Origin: Thermoprotei archaeon
Lineage (GTDB): Archaea > Thermoproteota > Thermoprotei > Thermofilales > Thermofilaceae
Length of the DNA: 35,666 bases
Direction of reading: 5' to 3'
Assembly: GCA_003649495.1 (NCBI GenBank)
Contig: QMRZ01000001.1
Coordinates: 1 to 35,666 of the forward strand
Shown here one piece after another: positions 17,651 through 25,751 of the stretch (its first letter is position 1; every line of letters starts with the position of its first letter). Below the pieces are notes generated by a model, which saw nothing but the letters and a program-made list of their open reading frames with translations, was not told the origin of the DNA and ran no database searches. Position numbers and translations under genes: made by a program.

Positions 17651-18690
17651 GCCTCCAGCACCTCTCTCCCAGTTCTCATGCCGTAGAGGCCCAGTATTCT
17701 GGCAAGGCTCTCCATGTCCCTATTGCTTATCACGACATCCCTATGGGCCTTGGCCATGAAGTAGGGGTAGCCTCCGACGCTGTACCTCGATAAGCATTTC
17801 AGGATTGACGGTAGGTCTTCTTTCCTCGTGGTCTCAAGCCTAAGCACGGGCCCTCCCCTCTCCAGCCTCACGTATGCCACAGTCAACTTCAGCCCCCGGA
17901 AGAACTCCCAGTAAGCGGGGAGGCTCCCCTTCAACCTAGCGAGGGCAACTTCCCCTCCGGGCGCATAGCCAGGACCTCGCGTATAATGCTCATAGAGCGC
18001 GACGTCAGGCAGGCCGCCCGCAAGCCCGTGTGCCTCGGACTGCTTAGCTATCGCCGCCACCTCTCCCTCCTGCTCCCTGAGCACCTCGTACATCAGGGTG
18101 AGGTACTCCAAGTACTCCACAGCCAATGCCTCCTCCCTCACTTCTCTTCTCTCCTCCACCATCTCCTCTACGATCTCCTTTGAAGCCACGCATAGCTCCC
18201 CTCTCTTAACGCTATCCAGAATGCGCTCATGTGCGCTTGTATCAAGGTACTTGATGTGGGCAGCGCCACCGTACTTCCACGGGCGTACTAGCATGCTGAT
18301 GAGAGAGCCGTCTAGTACAACTACACAACCCTTAAGGTCTCTCAGGGCCTTAAGCGCGAGCCGTAGCTCAAGAATGCTCATGTAGAGTCTAATTCGCTCC
18401 TCGGGCAACCAGTACGGAATTAATATGTCCACATCAGCGGCTCTTCTACACACCTCTACCCTGCCGTGCCTAGCTAGGACGCTCTCAGCGGCAACCGCAT
18501 ACAGCGCGTAGCCCCTATACAGTATCATGTTTCGGCTGCCATCTACGCCTACGAAAAGATAATCATTGTTGTCCACATCGTTGAATGAATGCCACGTTAT
18601 CCCCGGTGGTGACCTGTCTCTCAGCCTCCTCATCTTAGCTAGCAGCTCCTCCCTTCTCCTCAGCGCTGTGTCGACAACCTCAACCAACAT
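17635..18690 (-). CDS. nurA: NurA 5'-3' nuclease
   Basis: VGVDGS, VLDGSL, AIAK and GYPYFMAKAH. First gene of the operon, overlapping herA. Confidence 0.93.
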   Translation of the reverse strand: MLVEVVDTALRRREELLAKMRRLRDRSPPGITWHSFNDVDNNDYLFVGVDGSRNMILYRGYALYAVAAESVLARHGRVEVCRRAADVDILIPYWLPEERIRLYMSILELRLALKALRDLKGCVVVLDGSLISMLVRPWKYGGAAHIKYLDTSAHERILDSVKRGELCVASKEIVEEMVEERREVREEALAVEYLEYLTLMYEVLREQEGEVAAIAKQSEAHGLAGGLPDVALYEHYTRGPGYAPGGEVALARLKGSLPAYWEFFRGLKLTVAYVRLERGGPVLRLETTRKEDLPSILKCLSRYSVGGYPYFMAKAHRDVVISNRDMESLARILGLYGMRTGREVLEAWGGR

Positions 18691-18757
18691 CCTAAGGGAT
18701 TGGGGGCTTCCATGATTTTACTGAAACGCTGAGAGCTCAGTGAAAGTTAAGGAGCAA

Positions 18758-19621
18758 TTAAGCGCTAGAGCGCGGGCCGTCGCCCTCTAGCCCTAGCTCC
18801 TCAGCGAGCCCCAATTTCCTCGCAGCTTCCTCTATCGCCCTCTGCCTCTCCTTCAATGCCATGGCTTTGCTAGCCTCGTAGTCCTCCTTCAGAGCCTCCA
18901 GCAGCTCCCTCCGCACTTGCTCTGGTGCACCCTCGAGTATCTCCTTCGCCCTCTCCACCTTACCCTCGTGTATCAGGTCTAGGAAGAAGTTCTTCAGAGG
19001 CGCTGTCCTTATCCTATCCCCCTCGAGTATCAGGACAAAGCCAGTCTCGTAGTCTACCTCCACTTTAACCACTCTCTCTCGCCGCTTTTTCAGCTCCTCG
19101 AGTGCATCTCTCGAGATCACTTTCTCCAGGCCATACACCGATGCAGCCTTCTCGACTTTCTCTAAGGCCTTCCTGCCCATGCTATATATTTCAACCAAGT
19201 CGCTTAACTTGAGGGGGAGCTCATATGTTCTGCCCCCAACTACTATAGTGGCCTTAAGGCCCTTCACGTTATCTGTCGGCATCCTCACATCTAGGAAGCC
19301 GTCGAAGGTGAAGATGGGCACGACCTCGCTCACCCCATCCGGAAAGACTATTTTTGCCCCCTCATCCCATAGCCGCGCGCTAGCTTCGCCGAGTATGAGG
19401 TGGCGCCCGCTCTCGAAGACTGGCGCGTTTACTTGGGGTGCTAGTAGCTCAGCTACTCCCTCGACACTCCCCTCCACCTCGTAAACCCTAAACTTCACCC
19501 ATCCCCTCCCAGTCTTTATCTCTATAGTGCCGATGACCTTTTTAGGAAAGAGGCCCGCACCCCTTATAGCTTCTCTGGCCTCCTCCTCACTGACCTCCTC
19601 AGCTACGCCTATCCACGGCAT
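18758..19621 (-). CDS. Hypothetical protein (287 aa)
   Basis: Long ORF with thermophile-like composition and a TTAA-containing TATA-like element about 30 nt upstream. No family recognised. Confidence 0.8.
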   Translation of the reverse strand: MPWIGVAEEVSEEEAREAIRGAGLFPKKVIGTIEIKTGRGWVKFRVYEVEGSVEGVAELLAPQVNAPVFESGRHLILGEASARLWDEGAKIVFPDGVSEVVPIFTFDGFLDVRMPTDNVKGLKATIVVGGRTYELPLKLSDLVEIYSMGRKALEKVEKAASVYGLEKVISRDALEELKKRRERVVKVEVDYETGFVLILEGDRIRTAPLKNFFLDLIHEGKVERAKEILEGAPEQVRRELLEALKEDYEASKAMALKERQRAIEEAARKLGLAEELGLEGDGPRSSA

Positions 19622-19871
19622 GCCTCGTCCACATGGGCGGCCTCGCTTACTTAAGCGTGACTGAGGAGCAACTTACGCGCAGAGCGGTTTCATAAACCAT
19701 AGCTTAGCTACTCTAAGGATCTCACTGGATGCGTAACACGTGAAACATGTCATGCCCTTTAAGCTCCATATACTTGCTAACCTCTTTCCCTAGCTCTAGC
19801 AAACACGTGCAAGCAGGCTAAGAAATCAATGCTTTTGAGTAAGTCGTAGGGTATCTCAAGTGGGCGGCTTA

Positions 19872-20945
19872 ATGGAGTTGAAGGAGGTTACGAGGTGGAA
19901 GACGGTCAGAGAGTCTCCCCTCTACGATAAGGTGGGTAGGGGGAAGGTTAGGTGTAGGGTATGCGAGAGGAGGTGTGTACTGGGGGAGGGGGAGAGGGGC
20001 TTCTGTAAGACTAGGGTGAACCTAGGGGGCCGCCTGTACACCCTCGTCTACGGCGATCTCTCAGCGCTTGAGTCTAGGCCCATAGAGATAAAGCCCTTCT
20101 TCCACTTCTGGCCCGGCTCTACGGCGCTGACATTCAGCACGTGGAGCTGCAACTTCACATGCCCTTGGTGCCAGAACTGGCACTTGTCCAGGGCAGAGCC
20201 GGACCCCGCTAAGGCGAACTATGTGCCTCCTGACCGGGTGGTAGAGATTGCGGCGGAGAGGGATGAGGGGGTGTGCGTATCTTTTAACGAGCCCCTAATG
20301 CTGTTCGAGTACAGCTTAGACGTATTCAAGCTCGCCAGGTCGAAGGGGCTGTACTGTACATACGTGAGCAACGGGTACATGACGCTAGATGCTCTAAAGA
20401 TGCTTCATGAGGCTGGCCTAGATGGTCTGAAGGTGGATGTTAAGGGGGGCAGGGAGGAATACCTCAGGTACAATAGGGCGAACGTAGATGTTGTGTGGAG
20501 GAATGCGAGGGAGGCTATGAGGATGGGCATGCACGTAGAGGTGGTGTACCTAGTGGTGACGGGGGCTACTGATGGTGAGGACACTATAATCGACTGCATC
20601 GAGAGACACCTCAAGGAGCTGGGCCCTGATGTTCCCTTGCACTTCACTCGATACTTCCCCGCGTTCGAGTACCATGAGCCGCCAACTCCTGTGGAGAAGC
20701 TTGAGTGGGCCTATGAGCAGGCCAGGAGAATGGGGGTTAGGTTCCCCTATATAGGGAATGTGCCTGGGCACCGTTACGAGAATACTTATTGCCCTGAGTG
20801 TGGTGAGCTCCTAATACGGCGCTACGGCCCTTACGTGCTGAGGTATAAGATGAAGGGAAATAAGTGTCCTAAATGCGGCACGGAAATACCCATTAGGGGG
20901 AGGTATGTCAGAAAGGGCTTCTTTGGACTGCTTAGCCGCCTCTAA
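19872..20945 (+). CDS. amrS: AmmeMemoRadiSam-system radical SAM enzyme (PflA-like)
   Basis: N-terminal CRVCERRC, PIEIKPFFHFWPG, radical SAM CNFTCPWCQN, PLHFTRYFP and C-terminal CPEC...CPKC. Confidence 0.88.
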   Translation: MELKEVTRWKTVRESPLYDKVGRGKVRCRVCERRCVLGEGERGFCKTRVNLGGRLYTLVYGDLSALESRPIEIKPFFHFWPGSTALTFSTWSCNFTCPWCQNWHLSRAEPDPAKANYVPPDRVVEIAAERDEGVCVSFNEPLMLFEYSLDVFKLARSKGLYCTYVSNGYMTLDALKMLHEAGLDGLKVDVKGGREEYLRYNRANVDVVWRNAREAMRMGMHVEVVYLVVTGATDGEDTIIDCIERHLKELGPDVPLHFTRYFPAFEYHEPPTPVEKLEWAYEQARRMGVRFPYIGNVPGHRYENTYCPECGELLIRRYGPYVLRYKMKGNKCPKCGTEIPIRGRYVRKGFFGLLSRL

Positions 20946-20951
20946 GCCAGG

Positions 20952-21446
20952 CTACATCATCATACTCAGGTAGAGCCGACTCTTCGAGTCGAGCTTCTCT
21001 GGGTCCTCGACCATGTAAACGCGGCCGTCGGCGTCTCTTATTAGGAGCCTCCCATCCCTTAGCAGGCGTATGCACCTGCTCCAAGTGTAGAAGGTGACTG
21101 GCCCCTTATCCGTCACTACCCTCCACTCGTACTTGCCCTTGGCGCTGCGCACACCTAGTATCTTCTTAACCCTAGGCATGAAGTATATGATCCTTAGCAC
21201 TCTCTCGAGGAGTTCCCGAGACCTCGGGTCAAGCTTCCTGTAGTCTCTGAGCATTCCTAGCTCCTCCTCATCCCTGTAAAATATCACTATTTCAGGGTAT
21301 GAGTAGGGGAAGGGGCGCCTCGGCCGCACTCCACAGTACACTCGCCCCTCTATCTCTACGTCCACCTCATCTAGCCTGGCCTCTAACACGCGGACATGCC
21401 TGGGATCGAGCATCTTAAGCTCCCTTAGGATATTATCAGCGTGCAT
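20952..21446 (-). CDS. DUF1854-family protein
   Basis: RPFPYSYPE, YFMPRV, WRVVTDKG, LIRDADGRVY and LDSKSR. Overlaps the end of the ABC transporter gene. Confidence 0.82.
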   Translation of the reverse strand: MHADNILRELKMLDPRHVRVLEARLDEVDVEIEGRVYCGVRPRRPFPYSYPEIVIFYRDEEELGMLRDYRKLDPRSRELLERVLRIIYFMPRVKKILGVRSAKGKYEWRVVTDKGPVTFYTWSRCIRLLRDGRLLIRDADGRVYMVEDPEKLDSKSRLYLSMMM

Positions 21447-23643
21447 ACCCCTCACTCACCGCGGCGGCACTCATCCTGGTGAGTCCCTTGAGCTGAGCTT
21501 CCCAGAGCTTCTTATACAGACCGCCGCGTCTGAGCAGCTCCTCGTGGGCCCCCTCCTCCACGATCTTCCCCTCATCCATCACGACGACTCTGTCGACAAA
21601 CCTTAACGTGGATAGCCTGTGGGCTATTATTATCGTGGTCCTCCCCTTCGTGAGGCGCTCAAGCTCTTCCGTTACCTCCTCCTCAGTCAGCGCGTCAAGG
21701 GCGGCGGTTGGCTCGTCTAGTATGAGTATCTTCGGGTTCTTTAGTAGGGCTGCTGCTAGGGCTACTCTAGCTCTCTCACCTCCAGACAGCCTGGAACCTC
21801 TCGAGCCCACCTCAGTATCATAAGCCTCAGGCAGCCTCATGATGAAGCTGTGAGCCCTCGCGGCTTTAGCGGCCGCTATTACCTCCTCAGGGCTAGCATC
21901 CTCCCTGCCGAGCATTATGTTCTCAGCTATGGTGGTGTCCAGCAATATCGGGTTCTGGAGCACAATAGCCACCTGCCTTTTCAGAGAAGAACTCTTAATC
22001 TCCCTAACGTCCACGCCATCATACCTGATTGTGCCGACCTGAGGCTCGTATAGGTGCAACAGCAACTTGACCAGCGTCGTCTTACCGGATCCGCTGGGGC
22101 CCACGAGGCCTATCCGCTCCCCAGCCCTTATCCTCAGGTTCACTCCCTTAAGCGCGTAGTGAACCCCGTCATACGTAAACCACAGGTTCTCGCACTCCAC
22201 CTCCCCTCCCAGCTCCAAGTCCCTGGCGTGTGGCCGCTCCTCAACCTCAGGCTCCAGATCTAACACCTCGAATATCCTGTTAGCAGCTACGGCGGCGCGC
22301 TGCAGGCTCTTGACATTCTCGAGCAGGCTGAACACTGGTGTGTAGAACATCCACATGTAGCTGGTGAAAGCCATGAGGGAGCCGAGGCTCATGGCACCGC
22401 TAAGCACCTGGAGCCCGCCCATCCACCAGACCAGGATGTTGCTGGCTGTGAAGGCGAGGCCGACGGCTGGCCATATCTCCTGCTCAAACTTGAAAACGTC
22501 CATCTGTGCTCTCTCGTACTCCTCAAGGCTCTCGGAGAACTTCTCTCTGAACGTGGGCTCCTTGCCGAAGCTCTTGACTAATATGGCGGCATTGATGGCG
22601 TCTGACACTATCGACACTATTCTCGACCATCTCCTCCAAAGCCTGTGGTAATACCTGGCAGCGAGCCTCCTGTAAATCGCGCTACCCAGGATCGCGATGG
22701 GGATGGGGAGCAGGGCTATGGCGGTCAGCCAGGGGTTCAAGGTTACAAGCGTAGCGCCTATGAAGGCTATCATGGCGGCGTTTATGAAGATCATGTTAAA
22801 CGACCCAGTCATGAACCACTGTATTCTATTGACATCGTCTATTACCCTCGAGAACAGGCTGCCGCTCGTGAACCTGTCGTAATGTGAGAGGGACAGCTCC
22901 TGGAGCTTAGAGAAGACCTTGTACCTGAGCCTATTGGCCACAGCCACGTTCAGCTTGGTGCTCAAGTAGCCATTGAGGGTTCCCAGGGCTGTGTTAACTA
23001 GGTTCACCGCGAGGAGGCTGAGCGCTATCTGGGCGAGCTTCTCGACGTGAGCACGAGTCGTCAACACCTCATCAACTAGTATTTTCATCAGGTAGGGTGG
23101 GATCAGGTTTACGAGCCGCATGGCCACCGCCACGACTATGGTCGCGGCGAGCAGCGGCGCTATGGGCTTCAGGAGCCCTAACAGCCTTAACAGCACAGCC
23201 TTCGAACTCTTCCTCTCAGCCTCTGCCTTAACCCTCTTCAAGAGTTGACGCTTGAGGAGGCTGTAGGGGATCTTCCCGACTACTAAGTTGTTTATGAGGC
23301 TAACCAGATTCTCGAATGCCTTCAGCCTAGCCTTAGTGAATACCACGACGCTCTTAGGCCCCTCATCAGTGTCCAGAGCCATTACGCAGGTGTTGATGTA
23401 GCTACGGAGCGAGGCCATCGTGATCTTAGAGAGGGGGACTTCATACTCCAGCCTTTCATTTAAGACTAGTAGCCTTTTATTCGTCAGAACAACGTGCTTC
23501 TCGCCGTACTCATCGCCTACTAGGTCGGACCGGGCTACCGCTACTACCTCCTCGCCCTCCTCCAGTAGCTCCCTGAGGGGGGGTGGAAGCTCGCCACTGG
23601 AGGGGTATAGCTTAATGCCGTCATCATCCTCGTCACCACCCAT
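21436..23643 (-). CDS. ABC exporter (fused TMD+NBD) with N-terminal PH-like extension
   Basis: Six-TM domain, GPSGSGKTT, LSGGE, ILDEPT and IAHRLST. About 150-aa N-terminal domain with VVLTNKRL. Start placed at ATG 23643, downstream of TTTAAATA. Confidence 0.92.
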   Translation of the reverse strand: MGGDEDDDGIKLYPSSGELPPPLRELLEEGEEVVAVARSDLVGDEYGEKHVVLTNKRLLVLNERLEYEVPLSKITMASLRSYINTCVMALDTDEGPKSVVVFTKARLKAFENLVSLINNLVVGKIPYSLLKRQLLKRVKAEAERKSSKAVLLRLLGLLKPIAPLLAATIVVAVAMRLVNLIPPYLMKILVDEVLTTRAHVEKLAQIALSLLAVNLVNTALGTLNGYLSTKLNVAVANRLRYKVFSKLQELSLSHYDRFTSGSLFSRVIDDVNRIQWFMTGSFNMIFINAAMIAFIGATLVTLNPWLTAIALLPIPIAILGSAIYRRLAARYYHRLWRRWSRIVSIVSDAINAAILVKSFGKEPTFREKFSESLEEYERAQMDVFKFEQEIWPAVGLAFTASNILVWWMGGLQVLSGAMSLGSLMAFTSYMWMFYTPVFSLLENVKSLQRAAVAANRIFEVLDLEPEVEERPHARDLELGGEVECENLWFTYDGVHYALKGVNLRIRAGERIGLVGPSGSGKTTLVKLLLHLYEPQVGTIRYDGVDVREIKSSSLKRQVAIVLQNPILLDTTIAENIMLGREDASPEEVIAAAKAARAHSFIMRLPEAYDTEVGSRGSRLSGGERARVALAAALLKNPKILILDEPTAALDALTEEEVTEELERLTKGRTTIIIAHRLSTLRFVDRVVVMDEGKIVEEGAHEELLRRGGLYKKLWEAQLKGLTRMSAAAVSEGYAR

Positions 23644-23743
23644 ACCCACCCCCCGGGTGTCGGGGACTGTGAGGCTCCTCCTATTTAAAGCTTCCGTGCG
23701 AGTTAGAGCGGTAGCCACTTAAAGGCGCGTGCGTAAGTATGCT

Positions 23744-23802
23744 GGCCGATGAAGAGCCATTGCAGCGCGGAGTGAGTGAAGAAAAGGTTTCCGGCCTGAG
23801 GC
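23744..23802 (+). ncRNA. Box C/D sRNA with two guides complementary to 16S rRNA
   Basis: [CCGATGA]-AGAGCCATTGCAGCG-[CGGA]-GTGA-[GTGAAGA]-AAAGGTTTCCGGC-[CTGA]. CTTAAAGG at 23718-23725. Guides are antisense to CGCUGCAAUGGC and GCCGGRAACCUU, both recalled 16S stretches. Confidence 0.85.
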
Positions 23803-24765
23803 TCACTTAGCGTCCTCGACCCCCCTGTCAGTTATCAGGAACTTGGCGGAGGCGCCTCTCGCTATCCTTGGGGAGTCGATGCACTCTATCACCCAGGAGT
23901 CGCCACTCCTCCTCAGCAGAAACCTGTGAGTTGAGGCGTGAGCTATTATGTTCCCACCTGCGGGTAGCTTCAGTGCAGCGCCCCACGGCACGGGTTGAGT
24001 TAGGACCTGGTTGGTTATCGCTACAGCCATGTTGTAGCGCCTTGCATATCTCTTCAGCCAGTCCAGCAGGTAGTTAATCCTCTGCTGCCTCGCCGCTAGC
24101 ATCTCACGGCCCTTGAACTCTGCCCTGTACAGCGCTATGATCGAGTCTACTATGAGCAGCCTAGCGCCCTCCCTGATAATGCGGGGGAACTCCTCTATCA
24201 CTATCTCCTCCAGCTCATCTACGTTTAACGGCCTCACGACATAGACGTTCTCCAGAGGGTTCTCTACTCCAAACCTCTTGGCCATCGCCTCTATCCTGCT
24301 TGGGCTGAAGGTCCCCTCAGTATCTATGAACACGGCTCCTCCCCCCAGCCCACCCTTGCCAGGGGGCAGCTGGACAGTCACGGCGAGCTGGTGGCAGAGC
24401 TGTGTCTTGCCGCTGCCAAACTCGCCCGCAAACTCGTAGACATCCCACACGTACATGCCGCCACCTAATAGCTCGTCGATCGCCCTAACCCCTGTCGTAA
24501 ACATGTCGCGTGTATCCAGCATCTTGGCGTACTCAGTGCCCCTAAACGCGCGCCTGGCGCCCTCACGGCTTCGCACAAGCCTGCGCGCGGCCCTGACGAT
24601 GAGCATGGCCTTCTCAACATCAATCCCGGCTCTGTCCGCTAACTCCTCCGGGTTGAAGAGCGCTATGTCCTCGACGTACTCAGCCACTCTAGCTACCTTC
24701 TCGAGGGTCAGCTTGCCTACCCCGCTCACCTTCCACTCTCTAACAGGCGTTAACTCTTCGCTCAT
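23803..24765 (-). CDS. radA: RadA/Rad51-family recombinase, divergent (possibly a second paralogue)
   Basis: N-terminal HhH domain, GEFGSGKTQLCHQLAV, IDTEGTF, LIVDS, RAEFKGREMLAARQQ, TNQV and GGNIIAHAS. The FxxA motif is not conserved. Confidence 0.85.
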   Translation of the reverse strand: MSEELTPVREWKVSGVGKLTLEKVARVAEYVEDIALFNPEELADRAGIDVEKAMLIVRAARRLVRSREGARRAFRGTEYAKMLDTRDMFTTGVRAIDELLGGGMYVWDVYEFAGEFGSGKTQLCHQLAVTVQLPPGKGGLGGGAVFIDTEGTFSPSRIEAMAKRFGVENPLENVYVVRPLNVDELEEIVIEEFPRIIREGARLLIVDSIIALYRAEFKGREMLAARQQRINYLLDWLKRYARRYNMAVAITNQVLTQPVPWGAALKLPAGGNIIAHASTHRFLLRRSGDSWVIECIDSPRIARGASAKFLITDRGVEDAK

Positions 24766-25328
24766 CTTACCACCACGGGCTGGCCATCAACTAGTAGTAG
24801 CGAGACCCCCTTCTTGTCGTAAACTCTTAATATCGTGTGTAGCCAGCTCCACATGCCTAGTAGCTTAGCCGCGCCCGTGACTACAAAGGGAACTCTATAG
24901 ACGCTGGCAACTCTCTCCATTATGTCGAGCGCATAAAGAATACCTTCATCCACGTGCCTGGTGAACCTCTCATCGAGCTCTTCTACAAGTACTGGAGCTC
25001 TCTCAGCCTCTAATCGCCTGGGCAACTCGACTAATAGGTCCCAGAGGAACTCCTCATCTAAGCGGGCTCTAGGCTTGATAGGCTCTGGCGATAACTCGAA
25101 CTCTACCCCCGACGCTAGCGTGAGGCCGGGTGATATGAGGAGCCTACCGCCAGGATAGCTGAGCTCAGCGTAGAGGGGGTGTAAGAGGATTATGTGGCTT
25201 TCAGCCATCGTTAAGAGCTGTGTCGCTCTCTCAGCTCCCACCCACTGCTCTAGCTCCTCACGCCTCAGGCACTTTAAGTGGGTCAGCGACATCAGCAGCC
25301 TGCCCACCTGTAGGTACTTCGGCCTCAT
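24762..25328 (-). CDS. Hypothetical protein, possible inactivated RadA/RecA-fold paralogue
   Basis: ATGA overlaps with both neighbours. HhH-like EELEQWVGAERATQLL, Walker-B-like VLVEE and MERVASVYRVPFVVTG, which parallels LKRYARRYNMAVAITN in the adjacent RadA. No Walker A. Confidence 0.65.
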   Translation of the reverse strand: MRPKYLQVGRLLMSLTHLKCLRREELEQWVGAERATQLLTMAESHIILLHPLYAELSYPGGRLLISPGLTLASGVEFELSPEPIKPRARLDEEFLWDLLVELPRRLEAERAPVLVEELDERFTRHVDEGILYALDIMERVASVYRVPFVVTGAAKLLGMWSWLHTILRVYDKKGVSLLLVDGQPVVVR

Positions 25329-25693
25329 GCCCTCCCCCTCTCTCCTATCACTTTAAGCCAAGGGTTGCCGACTAGCCACTCGGGCAAGCCTCCCGCTTCC
25401 AGCTTGATGCGTTGAGGCTGGCTGACCTTAGCCTCGACAGGCTCCTCTCTCTCCTTGCCTAGCCTCAGCTCCCATAGCGCCTCAAGGAGCTTCCCGTAGA
25501 CGCGCTGCCCTTTAGCCGTTAGCCTGACAACCTTCAGCCTCCCATACTCCTCCACCTTAACAAGCCCCAACGCCTCTAGCTGAGAGACTACACTCTTAGC
25601 TCTCCTAGAATTCCTGTTGATATCGGATATCTTGACTCCATCGCCTATCCTGTACACCCAGTACAGCACGTTAAATTCGTTGAACTTTCTCAC
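25325..25693 (-). CDS. Winged-helix (MarR-like) DNA-binding protein with C-terminal LPEWLVGNPWL tail
   Basis: VVSQLEALGLVKVEEYGRLKVVRLTAKG wing signature. GTG start about 20 nt below CTTAAATA. Confidence 0.82.
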   Translation of the reverse strand: MRKFNEFNVLYWVYRIGDGVKISDINRNSRRAKSVVSQLEALGLVKVEEYGRLKVVRLTAKGQRVYGKLLEALWELRLGKEREEPVEAKVSQPQRIKLEAGGLPEWLVGNPWLKVIGERGRA

Positions 25694-25695
25694 AT

Positions 25696-25721
25696 GAACA
25701 CCTTGTTCCAGAAATATTTAA
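25696..25721 (-). promoter_or_regulatory. TATA box plus palindromic operator candidate
   Basis: Minus strand CTTAAATA-TTTCTG-GAACA-AGG-TGTTC-AT-GTG(start). Confidence 0.6.
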
Positions 25722-25751
25722 GCATGTCACATACCTGCAATATATCGTATT

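Noticed and set aside
23644..23718. Extended N-terminus of the ABC transporter
   Set aside because: It spans a TATA box (about 23682-23689) and abuts the sRNA promoter. ATG 23643 is more plausible.
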